NCBI GenBank assembly: GCA_965223415.1
Contig: OZ245002.1
Span: 5,248,001 to 5,312,000 of the forward strand
From: Myxococcota bacterium
GTDB lineage: Bacteria > Myxococcota_A > UBA9160 > UBA6930
DNA length: 64,000 nucleotides
Direction: 5' to 3'
Shown: positions 9,349 to 22,020 of the stretch, piece after piece
Numbering within the stretch: position 1 is the stretch's first letter
Layout: every line of letters starts with the position of its first letter
Translations under genes and position numbers: made by a program
The notes under the pieces: generated by a model
The model's input: the letters and a program-made list of their open reading frames with translations, nothing else
Told to the model about the DNA's origin: nothing
Database searches by the model: none

Positions 9349-10638
9349 TCAGCTGACGCCGACGTAGCGGAGCGCCACCTCCGTGAGCTCGTCGACGAGT
9401 ACCTCCGGTCGCATGTCGGCGGTGAGTCCGAACAGAGCGGGCCGGTCGATCGAGGTCCGGAGCGCCGCCGCAATCGTGGCCATGGCCCGGAAGAAGGGCT
9501 CGTCACTACCGATGTGGCAGGCCAGCGTGGGCTCGATGCGAATCGCGAGCGCCCGGATCCGGGCCGCCACGGCGAAGTCGAGGTCGCGATGGCGCCGTAG
9601 CAATGCGTCGTCGGACCGCTCCTCCAGGCGAAGCGTGCGCACCGTACCGCCCCAACGACGCCAGCCGTCGGCGTAGAGCTCGATCGCCTCGCGGACCATT
9701 GCCCCGAGGCTGCGGCCCTCCCAGCGCTCCCACACCGCGCGCTCCTCGATCCAGGCCACGCTCTCCCGATGGACTCGGTCCAGGCAGGCGTGGAGCAGGC
9801 CGCGGAGATCCTCGAAGTGGAGCCTGATGGTCTCCGCGTCGACCTGGGCCAGCTCGGCGATCTCCTCCATGCGAATCGACGCGAGGCCTCGCCCGTCGAA
9901 GACCCGCTCGGCGGCATCGAGGATGCGCTGTCGGGTGGCGGCGCTCATGCGATCGGTGCGGGCCCTCGTCGAAGACGGCAGAGCCGGCGCTTCCCTGCGC
10001 GGCTCCGGCGAGCATCCCACGGCGCGGAGCAGCAGGTCGCTCAAGGTGTCGACCAGCTCGTCCGTACCCGCCTCGTCGTCCGGCGCGTGGCGGATCATCT
10101 CCGGCGCCGCCGCCACGACCAGGCGTAGCACCGACTCCACCTCGCCCTCGCGAGGGGACAGGCCGTGCCGCTCGAGCTGGCGGTGGACGAAGCTCCGTAG
10201 CAGATCCATCCGGCGGGCCTGAAAGCGCTCCTCCCGCAGCCGGATGCTCTCGGAGCCGTGGGTCGCGGCGTGGAAGGTGTGTTCGAGCCCACCGTGCTCG
10301 CGGGCCGCCACCACCATCACCCGCACACCGTCGCGAGCAATGCGATCGAGGGAGAGGTCGGCCTGCGCCAGGGCCTCCACCACGCTCGTCACGTGGGCCA
10401 GACGCTCGTCGCAGAAATCCTGGTGCAGGTGGTCCACCAGGACCTCCTTGCTCGCGAAGCGGGCGAACAGGCTGCTCAGCGACACCCTGGCCGTCTCGGC
10501 GATCTCCCGGAGAGAGACGTCGCGCACCTCGCGCTCCGACAGGAGGCCCCGGGCCGCCTGGAGGATGCGCTCCAGGCTACGGCGGCTTCGTTCCTGCTTC
10601 GGCGGCCGGAGGCCCCGGTGTGCTGCGAGCTCGGGCAT
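9349..10638 (-). CDS. TetR/AcrR family regulator with two tandem TetR modules
   Basis: two HTHs: RILQAARGLL...SLREIAETARVSLSSLFARFASKE and RILDAAERVF...RMEEIAELAQVDAETIRLHFEDL. Confidence 0.85.
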   Translation of the reverse strand: MPELAAHRGLRPPKQERSRRSLERILQAARGLLSEREVRDVSLREIAETARVSLSSLFARFASKEVLVDHLHQDFCDERLAHVTSVVEALAQADLSLDRIARDGVRVMVVAAREHGGLEHTFHAATHGSESIRLREERFQARRMDLLRSFVHRQLERHGLSPREGEVESVLRLVVAAAPEMIRHAPDDEAGTDELVDTLSDLLLRAVGCSPEPRREAPALPSSTRARTDRMSAATRQRILDAAERVFDGRGLASIRMEEIAELAQVDAETIRLHFEDLRGLLHACLDRVHRESVAWIEERAVWERWEGRSLGAMVREAIELYADGWRRWGGTVRTLRLEERSDDALLRRHRDLDFAVAARIRALAIRIEPTLACHIGSDEPFFRAMATIAAALRTSIDRPALFGLTADMRPEVLVDELTEVALRYVGVS

Positions 10639-10728
10639 CGGTCCCCCGCGCGTGAATCGATCCGATCCAAACGCCGGAAACCGGAACGTTCAAGCCACTT
10701 CGCGTCCGCCCCCTGGGAGGAGCGTGGC

Positions 10729-14199
<3,471 letters not shown>

Positions 14200-14254
14200 G
14201 GTGGAGCATCGGGAGGGTTCGCGTCAACTCGCACCTAGCATCGGCGGCGGCGCG

Positions 14255-14331
14255 TGGTGACCCAGGCAGGATTCGAACCTGCGACCCCCAGCTTCGGAGG
14301 CTGGTGCTCTATCCAGCTGAGCTACTGGGCC
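14255..14331 (-). tRNA. tRNA-Arg(CCG)
   Basis: cloverleaf GGCCCAG...CCAGC-CTCCGAA-GCTGG...GGTTCGAATCC...CTGGGTC-ACCA, 77 nt with encoded CCA. Confidence 0.97.
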
Positions 14332-14385
14332 ACGCGAGGGAGCGGAGCCTACCGGAATCGGCCCCCTGTCGCGAACCGGGGGCCT

Positions 14386-14781
14386 TCAGCGGACTCCGAT
14401 CTCCTCGGTGCCGTGACGCGCGCCCCAGCTCTGGACGATCCCGTCCGGATCGAAGAGGACCAGAAGCGTGTCGTCCCGCTGCTCGTTGCGGGTGAAGGAG
14501 AAGAGGGTCAGGTTGGTGAAGACCGGCTCTTCCAGCTCCAGCGCGTCGACGTTCCGGCGTACGAAGCGGTAGAGGAAGGCGTCGCCGTCGTGCTGACGGA
14601 CGATCCGGTCCGGCGGTCCCAGGACCTGGAGGACCTGGGCCTTGGTGGTGACGCCCGCGGAGAGCACCTGGTCGGGAACGGCGCGCAGCGGCGTCCCGCG
14701 GTAGACGCGGGTGATGCTGCAGCCGACGCCGGCGGAGAGCAAGAGGCCCGCGACGAGGGCGAACAGAAGCGGTCGCCTCAT
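14386..14781 (-). CDS. lipoprotein, BamE/SmpA-OmlA-like domain
   Basis: lipobox-like GVGC; GVTTKAQVLQVLGPPD; LLVLFDPDGIV. Confidence 0.7.
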   Translation of the reverse strand: MRRPLLFALVAGLLLSAGVGCSITRVYRGTPLRAVPDQVLSAGVTTKAQVLQVLGPPDRIVRQHDGDAFLYRFVRRNVDALELEEPVFTNLTLFSFTRNEQRDDTLLVLFDPDGIVQSWGARHGTEEIGVR

Positions 14782-15188
14782 TCACGCACCCGGCTCTCGC
14801 GGAAGCCGTGGTACTTCACGACGTCCGCGTCGTCGAAGAAGACCACGAGCAGGTCCGAATCGGACCGGATCTCCAGCATGTTGAAGAAGATCGTCACGAC
14901 GCCGGAGAGGCGGGCCTCGTGGGCCTCCCAGGCCAGGATGTCCGAGAACTGGCGCGGCGCGGCGCCGCCCAGATCGTTCTCCTCGGCCAGGATCAGCTCC
15001 TCGAGCAGCGAGGCATCGGAGAAGTTGGCCGGCGGGCCGAACCAGTCCAGGAGCTCGGCCCTGGTCGTGATGCCGGCGCGGATCTCCCCCACCTGGGCCG
15101 AGTCGAGCCGCGTGCCCTCGGAGTAGGTCCCGATGGCACAGCCGGTCAGCAGGCAGAGCGCTGCGAGGAGCGCCCCCGAGATGCGCAT
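14778..15188 (-). CDS. lipoprotein, BamE/SmpA-OmlA-like domain
   Basis: LTGC lipobox; GITTRAELLDWFGPP; LLVVFFDDADVV; start at MRISGALL. Confidence 0.7.
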   Translation of the reverse strand: MRISGALLAALCLLTGCAIGTYSEGTRLDSAQVGEIRAGITTRAELLDWFGPPANFSDASLLEELILAEENDLGGAAPRQFSDILAWEAHEARLSGVVTIFFNMLEIRSDSDLLVVFFDDADVVKYHGFRESRVRE

Positions 15189-15259
15189 GGTGAATCCCCC
15201 GGGCCGCAGCCTAGCCCAGATCCGGGCCGCTATGTTCGCCGCCCACCACAGGACCCAGC

Positions 15260-16609
15260 ATGGAACACGCCAGCTCCGGCCTCGACGCTCTCGGCATCGC
15301 GTGGCGCCTCGGCGCCACCCTCTTCTTCGTCGCACTGAACGGCTTCTTCGTGGCCGCCGAGTTCGCGCTGGTCAAGGTGCGCTCGGGCCGCATCGACCAG
15401 CTCGCCGGCCAGGGCCGCGCCGGCGCGCGGGCCGTCCAACACATCCTCGGCCACCTGGACCGCTACCTCTCCTCCTGCCAGCTGGGCATCACCCTGGCGA
15501 GCCTGATCCTCGGCGCTCTGGGCGAGCCCGCGGTCTCCGTGTTGATCCTCGCCGCCGCGGCCGGGATGGGCATCGGCGTGGACAGCGAGGCCGCCTGGCT
15601 GCCCTTCGTCTCCATCGGTCTGGCCTTCGCGGTGATCACCGCCCTGCACATGACCGTGGGGGAGCAGGCGCCGAAGATGTGGGCGCTTCGCCGTGCCGAA
15701 TCGACGGCGATCCAGACGAGCTACGCGCTCCGGGCCTTCACCTTCGCCTTCGGCCCCTTCATCACCGCCATCAACGCCATCTCGAACTGGATGCTCCGGC
15801 TGGCCGGCCTTCCGCCGGACGCCGGCCACGAGGCCTCCCACACCGCCGAGGAGATCCGCAGCATCCTCTCCCTCTCGGCCAGCGCCGGGGCCATCTCGGA
15901 GCGCGAGTACGAGCTCACGGCCAACGTCTTCCGCATGATCGAGCTCGAGGTGCGCCACATCGTCGTACCCCGCATCGACGTCGAGTACCTCTCCCTCGAG
16001 AAGCCGCCCGAGGAGAACCTGCGGCGCCTACGCGAAATGCGACACAGCCGCATGCCGCTCTGCGAGGTGGCGCTCGACACGGTCGTCGGCTTCGTCCACG
16101 CCAAGGACGTCCTGGATCGCACCCTCACCGGCGAGACGCCGGACCTTTCCGCCATCGCCCGCCCCGCGGTCTTCGTGCCCGACACCATGTCCGTGTCCGA
16201 CTTCCTGCTCGAGCTGCAGGGCCAGCGGGCCCACTGCGCCGTGGTGGTCGACGAGCGCGGCACCGCCCTGGGCCTGGCCTTCCGGGAGGACGCCCTGGAG
16301 GAGATCGTGGGGCCCCTGGGCGACGAGTTCGACGAGGACGAGCTGGGCCTCGTGGATCTCGGCGACGGCCGCTTCGAGCTCTCGGGCCGCCTCGCCCTGC
16401 CGGAGGCGTGCGACCGCCTCGGCGTCGCCCTCTCTCCGGAGGAGGAAGAAGCCGAGGACACGATCGGTGGGCACGTCACCGCCCGGCTCGGCCGGCTGCC
16501 GCGCAAGGGTGACACGGCGGAGGTGGGGGACTTCCGGGCCACCGTGGTCGAGGTGAGCCGCCGCCGCATCCAGCGCCTGCTCATGGAACGCACCGCGGAA
16601 GCGGATTGA
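15260..16609 (+). CDS. hemolysin-family/CNNM (DUF21-CBS-CorC) membrane protein
   Basis: NGFFVAAEFALVKVR, QLGITLASL, GEQAPK, HSRMP, VVVDERG, EDALEEIVG, DTIGG. Confidence 0.93.
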   Translation: MEHASSGLDALGIAWRLGATLFFVALNGFFVAAEFALVKVRSGRIDQLAGQGRAGARAVQHILGHLDRYLSSCQLGITLASLILGALGEPAVSVLILAAAAGMGIGVDSEAAWLPFVSIGLAFAVITALHMTVGEQAPKMWALRRAESTAIQTSYALRAFTFAFGPFITAINAISNWMLRLAGLPPDAGHEASHTAEEIRSILSLSASAGAISEREYELTANVFRMIELEVRHIVVPRIDVEYLSLEKPPEENLRRLREMRHSRMPLCEVALDTVVGFVHAKDVLDRTLTGETPDLSAIARPAVFVPDTMSVSDFLLELQGQRAHCAVVVDERGTALGLAFREDALEEIVGPLGDEFDEDELGLVDLGDGRFELSGRLALPEACDRLGVALSPEEEEAEDTIGGHVTARLGRLPRKGDTAEVGDFRATVVEVSRRRIQRLLMERTAEAD

Positions 16610-16631
16610 CGCGCCTCCGGACGCGACCGGA

Positions 16632-17804
16632 TCAGCGCCTGCGGCGCTTGCGCCTCTTCCCCTTCTTCTTGGGAAGGGCGTACGGCGAGCTGAGCTCGCT
16701 GGCCACCTGGTTGCCGCTGCCGTCGTAGGCCTGGAGGAGGAAGCGGAGACGGCTCTTGCGTTTTCGGCTGCCGACGTTCGGCACGGTCCAATTGTGGCGG
16801 CCGTCGCCGTCGGCGGCGGAAAGGACGTGCCAGGCAGTCTTCTTCCAGCGACCGCTCTTCCGGCGTTCGATGCGGAAGAGCAGGTCCACGCTCGCCACGT
16901 CGGCGGTCCCCTGCCAGGTGAAGGTGGTCGCTGTGTTCGGAACGAGGGTTCCCGCGGGCGGCGCGGTGAGCGACACGCTGCTGGTCGGCACCGGCGGCGT
17001 GACGGGCGGCGGCGGCTGGGGCGGCGGCGGCGCCACGCTCGCCGTGTAGGCGGCGATCTGGGTGCGGCCGTGCTGGAGCGTGTGCACGGCGTCGGCCCCG
17101 TTCACCGGATCGTTGCGGTCGACGCCGCAGGGCAGGCCGTTGCAGGTGAGATTCGGACTCGAGAAGAGCGAGACCCTCGGCGCGCCGAAGGCCTGGGCGT
17201 AGGCCATCACCGTGGCGAAGCGGTTGTCGACCCCGTGCCCGAGCGCCCAAGGGAAGGTCCCGCCGCTCCCGTCCTGCCGGCGGGAGTGGGTGAGGCCCAT
17301 GTTGTGGCCGAGCTCGTGGGGGAGCACCACGTCCGAGCAGTCGATGGAAACGTGGCTGTAGCCGTAGCGACGCGAACGCGAGAAGTTGCCATTCGCCAAG
17401 TAGCCACCCACCCAGGCGACGCCGCACACGCCGTCGCCCACGTAGGGCCGCAGGAGCACCACCAGGTCCGCCCCGACCTGGCTCCGCTGGGCGTCGACGC
17501 CCTGGAAGACGCCCTGGTTCATCGTCACCTGGTCGAGGGCCGCATCGGAGCTGATCGTGTCGCTGACCGCGACCTCCTCGCGGTGAACGACCCGCAGGCG
17601 CAGGCCCGCCTCGCTGAGCCGATAGGCGTCGTTGGCGACGTTCACCACGTGGTTCACCCGGGTGTCCACGCCGCTGCCGTAGCGGGCCGTCACGCCCGGC
17701 GAGTAGAGCACGAGCAGGTCGATGGTCACCGGCGTCGGCTCCACCGCCTGGACGGCCGGACCGGCCACGAGGATCGCCAGGAGGACCAGCAGGCCACGCG
17801 TCAT
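16632..17804 (-). CDS. secreted M12/reprolysin-like zinc metalloprotease
   Basis: signal peptide, TIDLLVLYS, GADLVVL, CGVAW, HELGHNMGLTH, Met-turn TVMAY, Pro-rich linker, C-terminal beta domain. Confidence 0.88.
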   Translation of the reverse strand: MTRGLLVLLAILVAGPAVQAVEPTPVTIDLLVLYSPGVTARYGSGVDTRVNHVVNVANDAYRLSEAGLRLRVVHREEVAVSDTISSDAALDQVTMNQGVFQGVDAQRSQVGADLVVLLRPYVGDGVCGVAWVGGYLANGNFSRSRRYGYSHVSIDCSDVVLPHELGHNMGLTHSRRQDGSGGTFPWALGHGVDNRFATVMAYAQAFGAPRVSLFSSPNLTCNGLPCGVDRNDPVNGADAVHTLQHGRTQIAAYTASVAPPPPQPPPPVTPPVPTSSVSLTAPPAGTLVPNTATTFTWQGTADVASVDLLFRIERRKSGRWKKTAWHVLSAADGDGRHNWTVPNVGSRKRKSRLRFLLQAYDGSGNQVASELSSPYALPKKKGKRRKRRRR

Positions 17805-18493
17805 CCCGACACCTCCGGCGGCACCCGCTCGTCCGTGCGCGTCGGATCCACCAGCACCTGTTCGAGATCGTCGTAGAACACGGCCGCGGCACCGCCAACC
17901 CCTTCCACGAGGAAGCGGCCCTGGGCGGTGGCCACCTGGGCGAAGAGCGCGCGCTCGCCGAGGGTGAGGGTGAGGGCGTACTCGTCGTCGCTTCCGTCCA
18001 TCACCGCGCCCACGCCCCGGTCGCCGTTGGCGTGCTCGTTCACCCAGGACACGGTGCCCTCGACCTCGCCGATCCCAGGCAGCGGGATCGTGAAGTTGTC
18101 GCCGACCTCCAGGGCCAGGATCGCCTCCGGGTCGAGGCGCAGGCCGAACCGGGCAGGCCGGTAGTCGCCCACCGGGTGGTCGAAGAGGAAGGAGGCGCCC
18201 TCGTCGAGCTGCCACAGGCTGGGCAGCGGGCCGAGCTCGGGCGGGAGGGCCGCGAGCAGCGCCGGGGGCGCGCCTGCGGCGGGCTCACGCCGATCCGAGG
18301 GGGGCTCCCGCGTCGGCTCGTCGGGATCGGCGGCGACCCGCCCCTCGGAGGAACGCGATGCGGCGCCCTCGCGCGCGCCGGAGGCAGATGCCCCGGAAGC
18401 CGCGCTCTCCGGGCTCAGGGACGGCCGCTGGCCGGCCGCCAGGGCCAAGCCGACACCCAGGATCAGGGCCATCAGCCACCACGCCCGCGTCAA
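17801..18493 (-). CDS. membrane-anchored putative protease prodomain/chaperone (CpaB-like)
   Basis: GGAGG 6 nt before a TTG start; N-terminal hydrophobic helix, low-complexity linker, beta-rich domain; ATGA overlap with the M12 protease. Confidence 0.6.
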   Translation of the reverse strand: MTRAWWLMALILGVGLALAAGQRPSLSPESAASGASASGAREGAASRSSEGRVAADPDEPTREPPSDRREPAAGAPPALLAALPPELGPLPSLWQLDEGASFLFDHPVGDYRPARFGLRLDPEAILALEVGDNFTIPLPGIGEVEGTVSWVNEHANGDRGVGAVMDGSDDEYALTLTLGERALFAQVATAQGRFLVEGVGGAAAVFYDDLEQVLVDPTRTDERVPPEVSG

Positions 18494-18617
18494 TCCGCAC
18501 CTCCCTGGGGAACCTCCAGGAGCATCGGGAAGTGGAGCGACCCGGGACGTGAGCCAGGGCACTTTCTGCCCCGATTCGGCCTCCGATGGACCCGAGACCT
18601 CACCGCAAGGAGTCTCC

Positions 18618-19061
18618 ATGCGTCTTTCCCGCCCCACCCGGATCCTGCTCGTCGTGAGCCTCTCTTTCTGCCTCCTGGCTCCCAGCCTCGCCATGGCCAA
18701 GAAGAGCAAGAAGGCTCGCCGCCGCGCGGCCGCTGCGGCCCAGCACGGCATCGGCCCCGGGGGTGTGCCCGCCATGCGGGACATGCTGCTCGGCCGCATC
18801 CAGGAGCTCGACACCACGGTCCTGCTCCTCGACGCGCGGGTCACCGACCTCGAGATGCGCCTCCAGGCCCTCGAGGGCTTGGCCACCGACGACGACATGG
18901 ACGGCTTCAGCGAGAACCAGGGCGATTGCGACGACACGATGGCCGGCGTCTACCCCGGAGCCCCCGAGGATCCGGCCAACGGCATCGACGACGACTGTGA
19001 CGGCCTGATCGACGAGGCCGCGCCGGCGCCGGGCACGGGCACGGGCACGCCGACCCCTTAG
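18618..19061 (+). CDS. secreted coiled-coil protein with a MopE-like putative metal-binding repeat
   Basis: signal peptide; DDDMDGFSENQGDCDD...VYPGAPEDPANGIDDDCDGLIDE; AAGGAG RBS. Confidence 0.8.
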   Translation: MRLSRPTRILLVVSLSFCLLAPSLAMAKKSKKARRRAAAAAQHGIGPGGVPAMRDMLLGRIQELDTTVLLLDARVTDLEMRLQALEGLATDDDMDGFSENQGDCDDTMAGVYPGAPEDPANGIDDDCDGLIDEAAPAPGTGTGTPTP

Positions 19062-19141
19062 GTCGCCTCCCCCCCGGTGAATGCACGGGGCGGTCGCCGC
19101 GTCGGATCCCGTGGGCCACGGCCCACTCGAAGGGAGCTTCC

Positions 19142-19360
19142 ATGCGCACGCAACGAGCCCGAACCCTCCTCCTCGCGACCCTCCTGGCCGGCAGCGTCGG
19201 CCTGATGGGGTGCCACCATCTCGTGCACCATCCCGGTCACCGCGGACATGGCCACGGGCACGGCAAGCACCACGGCAAGCACCACAAGAAACACCACGGG
19301 CATCACGGGAAGCACGGCGGCGGTCACCACCACGGTGGCGGCCACCACCACGGCAAGTAG
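19142..19360 (+). CDS. small His/Gly/Lys-rich lipoprotein
   Basis: LMGC lipobox; 23 His in the 49-aa mature part; AAGGGAG RBS; GC-ending codons. Confidence 0.75.
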   Translation: MRTQRARTLLLATLLAGSVGLMGCHHLVHHPGHRGHGHGHGKHHGKHHKKHHGHHGKHGGGHHHGGGHHHGK

Positions 19361-19574
19361 CGGAGTGGCGCCTTCCGTCCGTCCCGCGTCCAGGCCGCCG
19401 CGGCGAGAGCGCGCAGGGCGTCGGTCTCCGAGAGCACGCCGACCAGCCTCCCCCGCCCGTGGACCACCGGCGGGCAGCGACCCGCCCGTCGCCGTTTCGC
19501 CGCCGACGGTCGAGGCGAATTGCCTCACTGATTCCCGCGCACTGGGGTGCGATACTCCGCAACGGAGGAACCCC

Positions 19575-21284
19575 ATGGCCGAGATCACCGGCGGCGAGCT
19601 GCTCGCTCGCTGCCTCGCCGCCGAGAACGTCCGCTTCGTGTTCGGGCTGCCGTGCCCGGAGATCGATCCGCTGCTCGCGTCGCTCGAGGCCCATGGCATC
19701 CGCCACGTCCCGCTGCGCCACGAGGCTGCGGGCGCCCACATGGCCGAGGGGGTCTACAAGACGACCGGCGCGGCCTCGGTCGTGCTCGGCAACCCGGGGC
19801 CCGGCTCGGCGAACCTGCTGCCGGGCGTGATCACCGCCCGCCACGAGGGCGTGCCGATGATCGCCCTCACCTCCCAGCACCGCCTCGGCCTCGTCTACCC
19901 CTCGCCCCCCTCCACCTTCCAGGGCCAGGACCAGCTCGACGCCTTCGGCCCCAGCGTGAAGTGGGGCGGCCCGATCCTCGAGTGGGCGCGCATCCCGGAG
20001 GTGACGCGGCTCGCCTTCCGCGAGATGTGGAGCGGCCGGCCCGGGCCGGTGCAGCTCGAGATCCCCGCTCCCGTCCTGTACGCGACCGGCGAGGAGGCCA
20101 GCACACCGGTCTGGGCGCCGGGGCAGTACCGGGCGGAGCCGCCCCAGGCCTCGGAATCCCAGCTCGAGCAGGTCGCCGGGCTCCTCGCAGCCGCCGAACG
20201 ACCCTTCGTGCTGGCCGGCTCCGGTGTCGACCGCGCCGGCGCCAACGCGGCGCTGCTGCGCCTCGTCGAGCTGCTCGATTGCCCCGTGCTCACCACCATG
20301 GCCGGCCGCGCCGTCGTCCCCCGCGACCACGGCCACGCCTTCTACCCCTACAGCAGCGCCGCCGACCGGGTGCGTCGCGAAGCCGACGTGGTGCTCGTGG
20401 TGGGCTCGCGGCTCGGCAACCTCGACCTGCCCTACGACAAGTACTGGGGCGACCCGGCCCGCCAGCAGATCGTGCAGATCGACGTGGACCCGCTCCACAT
20501 CGGCGTCACCCGCCCGGTGACCCTCGGCGTCGTCGGCGACGCGGCGCAGACCCTGGACGGGCTCGTGCGCGTGCTCGAGAAGCGGGGCGTGCAGCGCCAG
20601 GGCGCCGGCGACCTCACCCGCTACCGGGAGACCGAGGACGCCTGGTGGCAGGAGCAGCTCGCGGGCGTCGACGCCTGGAAGGAGGGCGGCCTGCATCCCG
20701 CCCACGCCATGCGCGCCATCGGCGAGGTGTTCGGCGGCGAGGCCATCTACGCCACCGACGGCGGCAACACCTCGCTGTGGGCCCACTGGCTGCTGCCCTC
20801 GACTCGCCCCCGCTCCTACCTGAACATCCTCGAGCTCGGCATGCTCGGCACCGGCATCCCCTCGGCGATCGGCGCCAAGCTGGCCAACCCGGAGCGCGAG
20901 GTCGTCTGCACGACCGGCGACGGCGCCGCCGGCTTCAACATGATGGAGATGCAGTCCGCCGCCCGGGAGGGCCTGAAGCTCACCACCATCGTCTTCGCCG
21001 AGGGCTCCTGGTCGATGGAGGAGCCGAACGAGCGCCTCACCTGGGGCAAGACCTTCGGCACCGACCAGGGCACGATCCGCTGGGACGTGGTGGGCGAGGG
21101 CCTCGGCTGCCGCGGCTACTACGTCGACTCGCTCGAAGGCCTGCGTCCCGCACTGGAAGCCGCCCGGGACGGCGACGGCCCCGCCGTCGTGTGCCTGCGC
21201 ACGAGCCGCGAGGCGAACCTGGCGACGCCGGGGGATCCGGCGATGCGCTTCGTGGAGGTGTATCAGGGGCCGATGGGCGGCTGA
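19575..21284 (+). CDS. thiamine pyrophosphate-dependent enzyme (ALS/HACL-like)
   Basis: VFGLP, RHEAAGAHMAEG, GPGSANL, GRPGPVQLEIP, TGDGAAGF; GGAGG RBS. Confidence 0.9.
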   Translation: MAEITGGELLARCLAAENVRFVFGLPCPEIDPLLASLEAHGIRHVPLRHEAAGAHMAEGVYKTTGAASVVLGNPGPGSANLLPGVITARHEGVPMIALTSQHRLGLVYPSPPSTFQGQDQLDAFGPSVKWGGPILEWARIPEVTRLAFREMWSGRPGPVQLEIPAPVLYATGEEASTPVWAPGQYRAEPPQASESQLEQVAGLLAAAERPFVLAGSGVDRAGANAALLRLVELLDCPVLTTMAGRAVVPRDHGHAFYPYSSAADRVRREADVVLVVGSRLGNLDLPYDKYWGDPARQQIVQIDVDPLHIGVTRPVTLGVVGDAAQTLDGLVRVLEKRGVQRQGAGDLTRYRETEDAWWQEQLAGVDAWKEGGLHPAHAMRAIGEVFGGEAIYATDGGNTSLWAHWLLPSTRPRSYLNILELGMLGTGIPSAIGAKLANPEREVVCTTGDGAAGFNMMEMQSAAREGLKLTTIVFAEGSWSMEEPNERLTWGKTFGTDQGTIRWDVVGEGLGCRGYYVDSLEGLRPALEAARDGDGPAVVCLRTSREANLATPGDPAMRFVEVYQGPMGG

Positions 21285-21844
21285 GCCGGAGACGGCCCGC
21301 GGGCGGGCCTAGCATGGCGGGCGTGCTCCCCACGCGCCCCGCAACGCGCCAGCTCTCCGCCTGCTCTGGGCTCGCCGCCCCGCTCCCGATCGGCGCCGGC
21401 GAAGACGCGCTCCCGGATGCGGTCGTCGCCGAGCGGACGCCGCGCGCCGCTCCGAGTCTTCCCCTCCCCGCAACGTGGGCCGGTGCAAGTCCCGCGGCTA
21501 CCCGCCTCGCTGGCACGTAGAATGACGCCATGGCCCCGGGCCCGGCGGACCGCTGATGGCGCTCCATGGCGCCAGGCCATGCCCCGGACATCCCTTCCGG
21601 CTCGACTTGGGCGGCCTCCGGGACCCTCTTCGATCGCTGGGGAGCCGAAGAGAGAAGATGGATTCCGTCCCACTGGCCCCTGCACGCCTGCGCAGCCAAG
21701 GCGATCGGTGGGCAGGTCGACAGGGGAGCGCTTCCTCGAGCCAGTGCCCAGCGGCTGACCTCGAGACGGAGTTCCCGGGGGCCACGCTCGCCCCACGAGA
21801 CAGGGCATGACCCTCGCCGCGTGGGCTAGAGATCGCGGCCACTC

Positions 21845-21921
21845 TGGTGGGGCGTACTGGACTCGAACCAGTGACCTCCGCGGTGTGAACACGGCGCTCT
21901 AGCCAACTGAGCTAACGCCCC
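21845..21921 (-). tRNA. tRNA-Val(CAC)
   Basis: GGGGCGT...CCGTG-TTCACAC-CGCGG...GGTTCGAGTCC...ACGCCCC-ACCA, 77 nt. Confidence 0.97.
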
Positions 21922-21950
21922 GGGAGGGCCAAGGCCCTGCGGGTCGAGGG

Positions 21951-21979
21951 GTTTTAGGCGAGGGACCGGGGCGATGCAA
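21951..21979 (-). promoter_or_regulatory. sigma70-like promoter for tRNA-Val
   Basis: TTGCAT-17 nt-TAAAAC on the minus strand. Confidence 0.5.
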
Positions 21980-22020
21980 GAACGGCCCGAGCGCGGCCGG
22001 GGCCTCGGCAGCGCCCGCGC

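Noticed and set aside
19235..19357. CACCACGGC tandem repeats as a CRISPR/VNTR
   Set aside because: Explained by the His/Gly codons of the lipoprotein; no spacers.
14255..21921. Possible genomic island bounded by tRNA-Arg and tRNA-Val
   Set aside because: No integrase, no duplicated tRNA 3' end (att site) and no visible compositional shift.
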